Numbered from the stretch's first letter, positions 1 through 9,904 are shown. The stretch is DNA of 64,000 nucleotides from a virus (IMGVR_UViG_3300031993_000008:128001-192000); one strand, 5' to 3'. Notes: generated from the letters alone by a model not told the origin. Program-made: numbers and translations.

Positions 1-1859
1 ATAACTTCAATGAGATTGTTTCCTTCAAATTCTGAACCATCTATAACCAATTGTTCTGTATTGGATGTAGGATTAATAAGTATACCTGTGTTATAAGCAA
101 ATGTCAACATACCTAAATCACACACAAACATAATCTTCATTGACTGACCTATTTCCCACTCACAATTGTTTGTTTCTTCATCAATGTTAATAGTGAGGTT
201 ATCACTATCACCATTTACCTTAACATTTATTACAGCAAAGTTCTCTCCTGGTTTCAAGGGGATTCTACATATTTTGTTAGATGCTGATGAGGTAATTGGG
301 TTATCTTTAGTTATTTCATCATTTTCATCCAATCCATTATATATACTATTGATGGAATATTTCTGTTCTGAATTGATGACAACTTTATTCATACTCTTTT
401 CAAGACCAATACCTGAACCAGCCTGAAGGACATCTGTATCAAACTGAAGTTTTATATCCTTTCCTCCACTTATAATATTATCAAGTTTTTTAGAATTCTT
501 ATCTATTAAACCAAGTAATGTAGGAGTATCAACTTTGGAACTTTCATTACAAAGATTATTAAGTCTCTGAATCTCTTCCTTTATAAAAGAGATTGAATCA
601 ATTCCCATTATGAGATTTTCAAGTATTTCCACCCTTTCAGACAGTTTTACAATCTGCTGTTTCTGTGTATAGAATATGTCAATGCACTTCTGAAGTTGTT
701 CCAGAGATCTCATATACAAGGACATAGATACAATTTTTTCTACATCACTTTCATCATCAAATACATGAATATATTGAGTGGATGTATCTCCATATGTATT
801 TACTTTCAAGTCAATCTTAAGGGCATAACTGTTTCCATTTCCATAAACAGTTTCTTTCTTCTTTGGATATCTTTGTATATATCCTTCTTCATTTTCTATT
901 TCAACTTGGTCAAGGAACAGAATACCATAAAGGTTTGTTGCAACTCTCTTTACACCAGGTGTTTTTGTTTTCTCATATACATCATAATAAATAAGAACCG
1001 CATTGAACTCAAAGTCTTCAAGACTCTTGCTGTTCATATTGTTTATACCTTCACCGGCATCATAACTTGAATCCCTGAAATCAATTGTATGTCCAATATC
1101 ACCTATATAACAGTTTTCCCCTTCATCACTATCAACAAATGATTTTATACATAAACCTTCAGGATGTATACTTTCTGATGTACTTCCTATAATATATTCA
1201 CCATTTGTTATAGAGTATTTTTTATTGAGATAGTTCTTGTTGTCTGTCATATCACCAGTCCTGAAATAAACATTTGTGCTGGCACCTACAGTACTTGGGA
1301 TATGTATATATAGTTCTTCAAAAGCATCACCATTTATTTCAACAGTGTTCATTATATCAATATTACCAATATACTGAACAGTTCTTTCAGTAATAGATGA
1401 AACATCTTCTACTGTACCACTTTCTGTAAACTTGATTGCACCAACTTTCTGCATCCAGTTCCAGAACACCTTTTCAGAAACTGTTGTGAGAACATCAGGA
1501 TCATAATCATCATTGTCTCCTTCACCATTAAGGATTGCTGTCTCAAAGTTCATTACATAGTTCTGAAGGTTTTCAGTTATGGCATTACAGATGTCACCAG
1601 ATTCCCAATTTGATGGAACATTATCATCCATCAGAGTTTCAATATACAAACCTTTAGGTTTATCATCTGAATCTGAATCTGAATCATCATTTGAATATTT
1701 ACCCTTACATATATCAGGAATATTCAGACATGCAAAATGACTGAACTTAAATTCATAATCATTACCTACAAATGTTTTGGTGAGATCTCTACTTACAGAT
1801 GGAAATACATACAATGTTCCACCTTCTGTATTAAATTTCCTTAAATATGGTGTTATCAT
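1..1859 (-). CDS. Large hypothetical protein, probably virion structural (3' end runs off the window; absent from the ORF track)
   Basis: ATG at 1859 gives MITPYLRKFNTEGGTLYVFPSVSRDLTKTFVGNDYEFKFSHFACLNIPD..., and the frame appears to stay open to position 1. A late-promoter motif lies at 1884-1891. Confidence 0.7.
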   Translation of the reverse strand, partial: MITPYLRKFNTEGGTLYVFPSVSRDLTKTFVGNDYEFKFSHFACLNIPDICKGKYSNDDSDSDSDDKPKGLYIETLMDDNVPSNWESGDICNAITENLQNYVMNFETAILNGEGDNDDYDPDVLTTVSEKVFWNWMQKVGAIKFTESGTVEDVSSITERTVQYIGNIDIMNTVEINGDAFEELYIHIPSTVGASTNVYFRTGDMTDNKNYLNKKYSITNGEYIIGSTSESIHPEGLCIKSFVDSDEGENCYIGDIGHTIDFRDSSYDAGEGINNMNSKSLEDFEFNAVLIYYDVYEKTKTPGVKRVATNLYGILFLDQVEIENEEGYIQRYPKKKETVYGNGNSYALKIDLKVNTYGDTSTQYIHVFDDESDVEKIVSMSLYMRSLEQLQKCIDIFYTQKQQIVKLSERVEILENLIMGIDSISFIKEEIQRLNNLCNESSKVDTPTLLGLIDKNSKKLDNIISGGKDIKLQFDTDVLQAGSGIGLEKSMNKVVINSEQKYSINSIYNGLDENDEITKDNPITSSASNKICRIPLKPGENFAVINVKVNGDSDNLTINIDEETNNCEWEIGQSMKIMFVCDLGMLTFAYNTGILINPTSNTEQLVIDGSEFEGNNLIEV

Positions 1860-1883
1860 ATTTGCTTTTATCTATATATAAGG

Positions 1884-1891
1884 TATTTATG
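1884..1891 (-). promoter_or_regulatory. Putative late promoter CATAAATA
   Basis: T4-late-like octamer recurring upstream of structural/late genes. Confidence 0.6.
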
Positions 1892-1892
1892 G

Positions 1893-1929
1893 AAAAAAGA
1901 AAGGAGAGTGTCACTCACTCTCCTTTTTC
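1893..1929 (-). terminator. Rho-independent terminator after dnaK
   Basis: AAGGAGAGTG-tcact-CACTCTCCTT stem with flanking A/T tracts. Confidence 0.75.
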
Positions 1930-3795
1930 TTACTGGGGATTACCCATATTATTTATTATGTCATCCATTGGATTTCCATCTCCTCCCTGGGTTTCACCAC
2001 CGGAGTTTTTGTACACCTCATCTGAGATCTTATACCAGGACTGTGAAAGGATTTCCATACAAGACTTACATGCATCAACATCCTTCTGTTCAAATGCATC
2101 CTTCAATGCCTTCAGACCATTCTCAAGTTCAGATTTCTGTTCATCAGTAATCTTGTCACCAAATTCCTCAATCTGTTTCTCTGTCTTGAATATGGTTGCC
2201 TCTGCTGTGTTGAGAGTCTGAACCTTTTCAAATTCCTTCTTGTCTGCCTCTGCATTTTCCTCTGCCTCTCTCTTCATCCTCTCAATCTCCTCACTACTCA
2301 AACCAGAACTACCCTCAATCCTGATAGACTGTTTCTTGTCTGTACCCTTATCCTTTGCAGATACAGAAAGGATACCGTTTGCATCAATGTCAAATGTAAC
2401 CTCAATCTGAGGAACACCCTTCTTGGCAGGAAGAATACCGTCAAGGTGGAAGATACCAAGCTGCTTGTTATCCTTTGCCATTGGTCTCTCACCCTGGAGG
2501 ACTTTAATCTCAACAGTTGGTTGATTGTCTTCAGCAGTAGTGAACACCTGTGTCTTGGTGATAGGAATTGTTGTATTTGAATCAACAAGTTTTGTGAATA
2601 CACCACCAAGAGTCTCAATACCAAGAGAAAGAGGAGTTACATCCAACAAAAGGAGATCTGAATTCTCACCACCAAGGATAGAACCCTGAACCGCTGCACC
2701 AAGAGCAACAACCTCATCAGCATTTACATTCTTGATAAGAGGTCTGTCAAATGCCTTTGTCAATTCATCCTGGACCTTAGGAATACGGGTTGAACCACCA
2801 ACAAGGAGGATACCATCCAGGTCTGGTGCATTGATACCGGACTTCTTTATTGCTTCCTTACCAAGATTGATAATCTTCTTGACCTCACCATCTATGATCT
2901 GCTCAAACTTTGCCTTTGACAACTGGATGTTCAGGTGCTTAGGACCGGAACTATCAGCAGTAATATAAGGAAGATTGATGTCTGTTGATGAAACATTTGA
3001 GAGATCCTTCTTTGCCTTTTCAGCCTCTTCAAGGATTCTGCTCATTGCCATTGCATCCTTTGACAAATCAATACCATCTGTTTTCTTGAACTCATTTACA
3101 ATATAGTCTGCAACAAGTTTGTCAAGGTCACTACCACCGCAATAGACATCACCATTTGATGCAAGTATCTCAACAACATTGTCAGAGATGTCTGCAATTG
3201 AGAAATCAAGAGTAGAACCACCATAGTCAACAACCATATACTTACCACCCTTACTCATATCAATGTTGGATGCCAGGATTGCTGCTGTAGGTTCTGCAAC
3301 AATTCTCTTTACATTGAGACCTGCGATTTCACCCGCAGTCTTTGTTGCACTTCTCTGACTGTCATTGAACCAGGCAGGTACAGTGATGACTGCATCTGTT
3401 ACAGTCTCTCCAAGATAATCCTCTGCACATTTCTTCAGTTTTGAGAGAATCATTGCTGACAGTTCCTCAGGTTTGTACTCCTTTCCAAGAATAGAAACAA
3501 CAGGATAACCGTTCTTATTCTTGACGTCATACTGGATATGAGAGATGTTATCCTTCACCTCATCATATGTACCACCCATAAACCTCTTGATGAGTACAAC
3601 AGTGTCTTTCGGATTGGTTACCTGCTGACGCTTTGCTGCATCACCAACCTTTCTCTCACCTTCTTTTGTGAATGATATGACAGAAGGTGTTGTTCTCTTA
3701 CCTTCCTCATTGACAATAATGGTAGGTTTACCACCTTCCATTACAGCAACTTCACTTAAAGTTGATCCTAAATCAATACCAATAATTTTACTCAT
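1930..3795 (-). CDS. dnaK: Hsp70 chaperone DnaK (phage-encoded)
   Basis: IIGIDLG, TVPAWFND, EPTAA, LVGGSTRIP, DVTPLSLG, GERPMAKDN and PQIEVTFDIDANG motifs; 621 aa. Confidence 0.97.
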   Translation of the reverse strand: MSKIIGIDLGSTLSEVAVMEGGKPTIIVNEEGKRTTPSVISFTKEGERKVGDAAKRQQVTNPKDTVVLIKRFMGGTYDEVKDNISHIQYDVKNKNGYPVVSILGKEYKPEELSAMILSKLKKCAEDYLGETVTDAVITVPAWFNDSQRSATKTAGEIAGLNVKRIVAEPTAAILASNIDMSKGGKYMVVDYGGSTLDFSIADISDNVVEILASNGDVYCGGSDLDKLVADYIVNEFKKTDGIDLSKDAMAMSRILEEAEKAKKDLSNVSSTDINLPYITADSSGPKHLNIQLSKAKFEQIIDGEVKKIINLGKEAIKKSGINAPDLDGILLVGGSTRIPKVQDELTKAFDRPLIKNVNADEVVALGAAVQGSILGGENSDLLLLDVTPLSLGIETLGGVFTKLVDSNTTIPITKTQVFTTAEDNQPTVEIKVLQGERPMAKDNKQLGIFHLDGILPAKKGVPQIEVTFDIDANGILSVSAKDKGTDKKQSIRIEGSSGLSSEEIERMKREAEENAEADKKEFEKVQTLNTAEATIFKTEKQIEEFGDKITDEQKSELENGLKALKDAFEQKDVDACKSCMEILSQSWYKISDEVYKNSGGETQGGDGNPMDDIINNMGNPQ

Positions 3796-3840
3796 AATAT
3801 ATTTTATTGTTTAACTTTATGTTTCGATTTGTTCAACCTT

Positions 3841-3852
3841 AAATATAACAAA
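3841..3852 (-). promoter_or_regulatory. Putative middle promoter TTTGTTATATTT
   Basis: Recurrent 12-mer upstream of replication/metabolism genes. Confidence 0.55.
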
Positions 3853-3865
3853 AAAAGAGTGAAAA

Positions 3866-4525
3866 TTATTCATCTTCACTCTTTTCTTCTTTATCTTTCT
3901 TGTCTTCTTTTTCTATATCTTTCTCATCCTCATCCTCCGGTTCCTCTTTATCCTTGTGTTTTATTTTTTCTATTTTCTCATCATCCTCTTTCCTTTCCTT
4001 CTTCTCCTCTTCAGATTCATCATAGATAGGACTCTTGTATGCATGTTCCTCCTCTTCATCCTCATCTTTCTTTTTGGTAACTGGTTTCTTGACTTCCTTC
4101 TCAACCTTTTCCTCTTCCTTTTCAATTGGTTTGGTCTTCTTTACATCTTCTTCCTCCTCTTCCTTTTCAATTGGTTTGGTATGAGGTTTGACAGAAGATG
4201 AATCAACAGGTTCAAGGTTGACAATCTTTATGAAAGAGTATGACCTGAAACTTCTCCATCCTTCCTTATCCAAATCATAATAGACCATCTGTCTTTCCGG
4301 TCTGGGTGCTCCACCTTTCAACTTGGGAAGATAATCCGGATGTAATGTTCCATGTGCAGTCCTTATGTCTCCATTCCTTTTCTTGAACTTGAATGTAATG
4401 ATGTTGTTACGGAGTTCCTTTCTCATCCTTTTCCTGGCTGACATATTGAGAACACCATGTACATCCTTCTTGAGGTCTTTCAGACTACTCTCATTTATTA
4501 TGAAACTACCAAAGTCAAGTATCAT
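3866..4525 (-). CDS. SH3-fold/WYL-like (DUF2693-type) protein with charged low-complexity tail
   Basis: FKFKKRNGDIRTAHGTL...YYDLDKEGWRSFR pattern; K/E/D-rich C-terminus; N-terminal DFGSFIINES motif. Confidence 0.7.
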   Translation of the reverse strand: MILDFGSFIINESSLKDLKKDVHGVLNMSARKRMRKELRNNIITFKFKKRNGDIRTAHGTLHPDYLPKLKGGAPRPERQMVYYDLDKEGWRSFRSYSFIKIVNLEPVDSSSVKPHTKPIEKEEEEEDVKKTKPIEKEEEKVEKEVKKPVTKKKDEDEEEEHAYKSPIYDESEEEKKERKEDDEKIEKIKHKDKEEPEDEDEKDIEKEDKKDKEEKSEDE

Positions 4526-4529
4526 CTAA

Positions 4530-5831
4530 TTAATTCCTTCTGTATATATAATATGTTTCACCATCAACATCTTCTGTCCTTTCCTCACTATCATAACCTG
4601 AAAGTGATCTTCCTGGACCATCCAATTCAACAATCCTTTCTGCAAGTTTATGTGTATTGATATAACTCTCTATATTATCATATCCATAGGTGGTAAGATA
4701 ATCATCAATGACATCACCTATATCCTCAAGACGTTTTTTTGAATATTCATCAGTATAGTCGGTATAGTCAAACTTCGGTTGGGTATGGTCTGTTTCACCA
4801 TCCTCATCAAGTTCAAAATAATCCTCTGAATCTTCAATGACTTTCCAGTTCAGTAATTCTTCAATTGCTTCCTCTTCAGACATATCATCATAATAACTCT
4901 CCCAACTTTCCTTGAGGTCATCTTCCATACTGCTTTCATCTATGAAATCATCACCGATGTTATTTCTGAATCTGTCAAAAGTTTCTTTTGTCCATCTTGT
5001 TTCATCAAGAACTTCTTCTTCAAATTCAACAGCATCTTCTATTGCATAAGCCCTGTCAGTATAGATTGAAAAATCATAACTTGTTGAATAACTGAAATTG
5101 ATGTGGTGGTCATGTGTGGTTACATTAAGGTCTTCAAGATCAGTGTTGTCCCATTCACCCTGTCTCATCAGTGCTTTCAGAATAGCAAAATCATTATGTT
5201 CCCTTATTTCACTGGTTATTGTGATACACTTTATCATATTCACGGTATCTTCTGAATCCTCATCATATCTCCAATATGTATCTGTATCACCATCATTTAT
5301 AACAGCAACATAAAGATCTTCACCACTTTCATCAAATGTATAGAAATTGACATCATCAAAATCAACAATGTCACCGTCAGCAAATGCCTCATTGGGAAGT
5401 ATGAGCCTGGTACCATCTTCAAGTTTTCCTATAATCCTACCTTCCTCTTTTCTGATTTCACCTGTACCCTGGTCAAGCATCTTACCCCAGGTTGATTCTT
5501 CAATGAAATCAGTATAACTCTTGATGACACTTTCCTTCATCACATAACCTTTGAGGAAATAATGATAATCACAATACTTGTGTTTACTTCCAAATAACCT
5601 GGTAACCCTATCAGCAATCATTCTGGCATCCCTCATATCATAAAGGTTGAGTTTGTCCTTGTCAAAACTACCAAAGAGTTTGGTTATCCTTTCATCCCTT
5701 TCAATGATAAACTTGATATTGTGTTTCTTGTCATCAACAATCAGTCCACCACCCTGGGATTTTGCAAAGTAAATCTCCTCATCCTTTTTGGGTTGCATTG
5801 TACCTGTCTTATGATCAAATTCAAATTTCAT
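4530..5831 (-). CDS. Acidic hypothetical protein
   Basis: 433-aa ORF downstream of a late motif; internal KSYTDFIEES motif. Confidence 0.8.
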   Translation of the reverse strand: MKFEFDHKTGTMQPKKDEEIYFAKSQGGGLIVDDKKHNIKFIIERDERITKLFGSFDKDKLNLYDMRDARMIADRVTRLFGSKHKYCDYHYFLKGYVMKESVIKSYTDFIEESTWGKMLDQGTGEIRKEEGRIIGKLEDGTRLILPNEAFADGDIVDFDDVNFYTFDESGEDLYVAVINDGDTDTYWRYDEDSEDTVNMIKCITITSEIREHNDFAILKALMRQGEWDNTDLEDLNVTTHDHHINFSYSTSYDFSIYTDRAYAIEDAVEFEEEVLDETRWTKETFDRFRNNIGDDFIDESSMEDDLKESWESYYDDMSEEEAIEELLNWKVIEDSEDYFELDEDGETDHTQPKFDYTDYTDEYSKKRLEDIGDVIDDYLTTYGYDNIESYINTHKLAERIVELDGPGRSLSGYDSEERTEDVDGETYYIYRRN

Positions 5832-5853
5832 AATGAATACACATATTATAAAT

Positions 5854-5875
5854 TATTTATGAGTGTCCATAAATA
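5854..5875. promoter_or_regulatory. Divergent pair of late promoters (CATAAATA at 5854-5861 minus and 5868-5875 plus)
   Basis: Back-to-back octamers between divergent genes. Confidence 0.65.
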
Positions 5876-5880
5876 ATAGT

Positions 5881-7056
5881 ATGGAAAATATACTTAATTT
5901 TGACGATTATATTTCTGAATCCAACAGTGTATTTCTGATGGATCCAGAAACCAAATCCAAACTTCTTATATTGGATGAGAAGTATCATAAACTCATTGAG
6001 AAGTTCAGGACCAAATATGTGGCACAAACTGTCAGTAATATTAAGGAAGAGTTTGACAAGTTTATGAATGCCAGGAATCTTGGTCAGAAATACTATCCGC
6101 AACTTGAAATAAAGAATTCTGATGTGGATATGAAGATCTATGACGATATGGGTAAACTCATTAATGAGTTTGAAAAGATAAAGGACAAATGTTATGTTGC
6201 CAAGTTCTATCTTGAAAAACTCCATTCAATGAGACTGAGTCTTGAACAAAGAAAAAAACTTGAGGATGGTGAATATGAACCGGGTGAAAATCCTGTTGAT
6301 AAAGATCTCTACAAGGAAGCACTCCAGGTAATAAAGGATAATCCTTATAAGAAACCAGATTTTAAGGAAGACAGAACCAATGACAGTGATGATGTCCTTG
6401 AAGCAATTGAGGATGCACTTGATGAACTTGGATATGACTTTGATGTACAGATTGATACAGGTATGCTCCCAAGAATGAATGTCAAGATGGGAAGAGTCAA
6501 CATCAACAAGACTTCAAAGTTCTCTGATGAAGATATTGATGGACTGATTGCCCATGAAATAAAGGGTCACTGCTCTAGAAGACATTATGGTATGAAAACA
6601 GGTCTTTGGTTATTTGCTTATGGAACACAGTCTAGTTCAACTTTTGATGAGGGTTTGGCAGTTTGGAATAGTTTAAACTTGGTAAAACATAAGAAAGATA
6701 ATGTGATGTTTAATATTGCAATGAAGACCTGTGTTTCCTATCTTATGTTTGAAATGGACTTTTGTGATTTGTTTGATTGGATAAAAAAGAAGGCACCAGG
6801 AATGACAGATTATACTGCATTCAAGACTGTTATGAGACCAAGAAGAAGGAATAAAGATTGTTCAATCAAATCTGGTGAAATAATGATTAGCTACTTTAAG
6901 GGGTGGAAAATGGTTAATAATATGGATGAAAAAACAAGAGATGATATTATACACTATAATATTGGTCCGGACCAATTATTTGAATTGGAAAATATTAAAG
7001 AATTCTTAAAAGTAAATCATTTCAAACCTGTAAATATAAAAAGAGATGTCAACTAA
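5881..7056 (+). CDS. DUF1704 / QEGLA-motif (MATCAP-like) zinc metallopeptidase
   Basis: HEIKGH (HExxxH) plus downstream DEGLA, and C-terminal YFKG..IG pattern; ATG 5881 preferred over GTG 5863. Confidence 0.8.
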   Translation: MENILNFDDYISESNSVFLMDPETKSKLLILDEKYHKLIEKFRTKYVAQTVSNIKEEFDKFMNARNLGQKYYPQLEIKNSDVDMKIYDDMGKLINEFEKIKDKCYVAKFYLEKLHSMRLSLEQRKKLEDGEYEPGENPVDKDLYKEALQVIKDNPYKKPDFKEDRTNDSDDVLEAIEDALDELGYDFDVQIDTGMLPRMNVKMGRVNINKTSKFSDEDIDGLIAHEIKGHCSRRHYGMKTGLWLFAYGTQSSSTFDEGLAVWNSLNLVKHKKDNVMFNIAMKTCVSYLMFEMDFCDLFDWIKKKAPGMTDYTAFKTVMRPRRRNKDCSIKSGEIMISYFKGWKMVNNMDEKTRDDIIHYNIGPDQLFELENIKEFLKVNHFKPVNIKRDVN

Positions 7057-7069
7057 GACATCTCTTTTT
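7038..7069. terminator. Bidirectional terminator between convergent genes
   Basis: AAAAAGAGATGTC-aactaa-GACATCTCTTTTT. Confidence 0.75.
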
Positions 7070-7906
7070 TATATTTTTTATATCTTCTTCTTTTAATATT
7101 ATTACACCATTTTTCAACATACATTGATGTTTTGATTCTGCAATACCATCATTATAATCATTTCTATTATATGGACATATCATTTTATCTCCATCAAAGA
7201 ATTGACTACCTTTTACCTCATATAGTTTTCCATCTATTAAAAAATCTGGTTGATATATGTGTTTCTTTCCATCATATTCATATTCAAATTGTATATTTGG
7301 TTGATATTCACAAGGAATATTATTTTCTTTACAATATTGATAAATAACTACTTCCCAAGAAGAATCAAAAGTAAAGTTATCATATTTAATTCTTTTTCTT
7401 CTTTTACTTGACCATTCATATGTTTTAGAATAACACATTTCACCATATCTATCTAAACAAGTTCTTCTTGCCTTTTCTTTTGATTCTTCTGTTTTTGCAT
7501 AACATTCAACACCATATCTTTCAAGTGTTGTTTTCTTTATTCTTTCCTTTGATTCATCAGTTTGGGCATAAGAAACTTTTCCATATAATTTTAAACAAGT
7601 TTTCTTTGTTTTATTTTGAACATCTGGATTTATACTCTTACATTTCTGTGAACAGTGTTTTTTATATCCCTTTCCAAATCTATGAAATGCACATCTATTT
7701 CCACACATAGGACATTTACCCAAATTCAATTCTTTGTCATTGTGTAAATAGTGATAAAGTTTTTGTATCCATTTAAAATCATATGGAAATTCCCACTTTA
7801 TTATTTCAGAATAGTGTTCTGGAAACTTTTTCTTGAAATTGGATTCTTCAATATTTCCATTGGGGTGTGTCTTGAGAATAGACAACACTTCTTCTTTTGT
7901 TTTCAT
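7049..7906 (-). CDS. Free-standing homing-endonuclease-like protein (Zn ribbon, KTxLxRYG repeats, PD-(D/E)xK nuclease)
   Basis: CPMCG...HCSQKC; three (K/R)TxLxxYG repeats; FDSSWE...YQPDFLIDGKLYEVKG; locally very AT-rich. Confidence 0.7.
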   Translation of the reverse strand: MKTKEEVLSILKTHPNGNIEESNFKKKFPEHYSEIIKWEFPYDFKWIQKLYHYLHNDKELNLGKCPMCGNRCAFHRFGKGYKKHCSQKCKSINPDVQNKTKKTCLKLYGKVSYAQTDESKERIKKTTLERYGVECYAKTEESKEKARRTCLDRYGEMCYSKTYEWSSKRRKRIKYDNFTFDSSWEVVIYQYCKENNIPCEYQPNIQFEYEYDGKKHIYQPDFLIDGKLYEVKGSQFFDGDKMICPYNRNDYNDGIAESKHQCMLKNGVIILKEEDIKNIKKRCLS

Positions 7907-7976
7907 AAATATTATGTGATTTTATTATATTTGAGCAGGTGGAAAGATTTGGCGATTAATCCATCTGCTCTTACTA

Positions 7977-8021
7977 TATTTATGGAAATATTAAAATAAA
8001 AATCAATTAGTTACATAAATA
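7977..8021. promoter_or_regulatory. Divergent late promoters (7977-7984 minus, 8014-8021 plus)
   Basis: CATAAATA on each strand upstream of the genes starting at 7906 and 8048. Confidence 0.55.
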
Positions 8022-8047
8022 TTATAAATTTAAACCACTTAACTAAT

Positions 8048-8458
8048 ATGAATACATTATTGGAATTTAAGGATTATATAAACTTCAAAAGTTATATAAA
8101 GGAATCATTGGATGACCATATGTTTGATGATGACCCAGGTGTTGATTTTGATGAACATTGGGAAAAGGTCGGCAATGAAGATGAAGGATACATATATATC
8201 CAGGATAGGTTACCTGAATACAGAGGTGACAGGAAACCAGGTATTATGGATGTGTTCAAGGCAGAAGGAGGATATTATATCACATATATACATGGTGGTG
8301 ACAATGGTCCTGGTTCTTGGGTTGATTACACAGAATACCTGAATCAATTGATGTCAAGTGTTCCTGGATCCTGGATCATAGATTTGTTCAATGATTGTGC
8401 TGATGATGTATGGACATTGAGAATGGGATATGAAATAAAAGAAAAAGGAGACAATTAA
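8048..8458 (+). CDS. Hypothetical acidic protein with N-terminal FKSYIKES motif
   Basis: 136-aa ORF after a late motif. Confidence 0.75.
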   Translation: MNTLLEFKDYINFKSYIKESLDDHMFDDDPGVDFDEHWEKVGNEDEGYIYIQDRLPEYRGDRKPGIMDVFKAEGGYYITYIHGGDNGPGSWVDYTEYLNQLMSSVPGSWIIDLFNDCADDVWTLRMGYEIKEKGDN

Positions 8459-8841
8459 ATGCCTCCTTTTTTCTTTTGTGGTTTACACAGATATATATCC
8501 AAACTATAAACAGTAGCGTCAAATTCCGGTTTATATTCCATCTTTATCTGGTCACCATACTTTTTCATTATCTCTTCTGTAATACCCTGGGAAATTCTAT
8601 AATGAATTTCCTTTTCAAAATCAAGATTCACAATTCTCTTCAGTGCCTCTATCTCCATACTGGATAGACTATATACACCTCTTATCTTATCAACATTGTT
8701 CTTATCATAACTTGTCATATTGATTCCCGTATCAACTGAGGGAATATGAACAAAGGTCATCTCATCTGAAAATGTCTTCTCATCAATTTTCTTTGCGGTT
8801 TTCAGAAACCACCTTGAAACTCTTTCTCTTAACTTACTCAT
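8455..8841 (-). CDS. Hypothetical protein
   Basis: 128-aa ORF with 4-nt overlap to the upstream gene. Confidence 0.75.
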   Translation of the reverse strand: MSKLRERVSRWFLKTAKKIDEKTFSDEMTFVHIPSVDTGINMTSYDKNNVDKIRGVYSLSSMEIEALKRIVNLDFEKEIHYRISQGITEEIMKKYGDQIKMEYKPEFDATVYSLDIYLCKPQKKKGGI

Positions 8842-9590
8842 ATCTCAAATTCAAAAGGATAATATGCTTCTTGATATTGTTCATTCTTGAAAGACACATT
8901 GACCAGTTTCTTGTCACCAATCTCAACAGGATTGTGCTGACCTGAATGGACATGCCCGCAGAGTGCATACTTAAAGTTCCTGTATTTCAATACTTCAGCC
9001 AATTCAGGAGAACCATAATCTGCACCTGTATTGTAACACCCACCCTGGAGTACACCACCAAGACCTTCAATCTTTGGAGGCATATGTGTAATGATCACAT
9101 CACACTTTTCAGGAATCTTATTGAACTTCTCCTTGAGTGAATCATCATCAAGATAAAATGCCCATCTTCTTAAATCCCTTATCCAAGGTGTACCATAGAA
9201 TGTATGACCTTTATATTCATAAGATGAATCACAGAGATAAACAAGTTTATCATATGTCTTCATTAAATCTCCAGGAAGGAGTTTCTCCATTACATTATTT
9301 GCACTTATCCAAGTATATCTTGTGTATTCCTTTGACCTGTCAATCAAAACCCTGTGAATATTCTGTAAAAAGAAGTCATGATTGCCTGCCACAAGGATGA
9401 ACTTCTTACAGGGAAGACTTTCAACCCAGGGAAGGAACACAAGACAGAACCAGGATACCATAGATGTCTGGTCACTCTGGTATTCCAATGGACTGATGTC
9501 ACCGGCACAGCAGACAACATCACATTCCGGAATCTCAGGAAGAGTTCCATGTATATCAGATATACCTACAACTTTTATTTTCTTTTCCAT
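8838..9590 (-). CDS. Calcineurin-like metallophosphoesterase
   Basis: SDIHG, AGD, AGNHD, THMPP, CGHVH motifs. Confidence 0.92.
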   Translation of the reverse strand: MEKKIKVVGISDIHGTLPEIPECDVVCCAGDISPLEYQSDQTSMVSWFCLVFLPWVESLPCKKFILVAGNHDFFLQNIHRVLIDRSKEYTRYTWISANNVMEKLLPGDLMKTYDKLVYLCDSSYEYKGHTFYGTPWIRDLRRWAFYLDDDSLKEKFNKIPEKCDVIITHMPPKIEGLGGVLQGGCYNTGADYGSPELAEVLKYRNFKYALCGHVHSGQHNPVEIGDKKLVNVSFKNEQYQEAYYPFEFEI

Positions 9591-9591
9591 A

Positions 9592-9861
9592 TTATAATGT
9601 CCAAATATTTAAAAACCAATCTCCATATGAACCTATCAGGTCTCTCCTGTCATTTAACAGTTTGTGGACTTCCTCCATCTGTTCTTTTGAAACAATCACA
9701 TTTGTTTCAACCGGGATTTCCATATTCAGAAGTTCACCAATCTCTTTACATAATTCAGGTGTTCTGAACCAGATTTCACTTCTCACATAATCATAATGTG
9801 CTCTACCATTATCATCTTCATAATTGTTAATGATATGGTGGAGTATATAATCCAATTTCAT
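9592..9861 (-). CDS. Hypothetical protein
   Basis: ATG at 9861; in operon; middle motif at 9883-9894. Confidence 0.65.
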   Translation of the reverse strand: MKLDYILHHIINNYEDDNGRAHYDYVRSEIWFRTPELCKEIGELLNMEIPVETNVIVSKEQMEEVHKLLNDRRDLIGSYGDWFLNIWTL

Positions 9862-9882
9862 AATTAACAATATTTACTATAT

Positions 9883-9894
9883 AAAAATAACAAA
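9883..9894 (-). promoter_or_regulatory. Putative middle promoter TTTGTTATTTTT
   Basis: Recurrent 12-mer. Confidence 0.5.
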
Positions 9895-9904
9895 AGAGGA
9901 AGAC

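Noticed and set aside
166-1070. Plus-strand ORFs 166-426 and 696-1070, and the many short antisense or alternate-frame ORFs across the track
   Set aside because: They are shadows of longer genes with recognisable products, including the truncated genes at 1-1859 and 62756-64000.
1930-3795. dnaK, nrdDG and gmk as evidence of a bacterial chromosome
   Set aside because: The context is T4-like replication genes, late promoter motifs and virion genes, with no grpE/dnaJ or other housekeeping operons.
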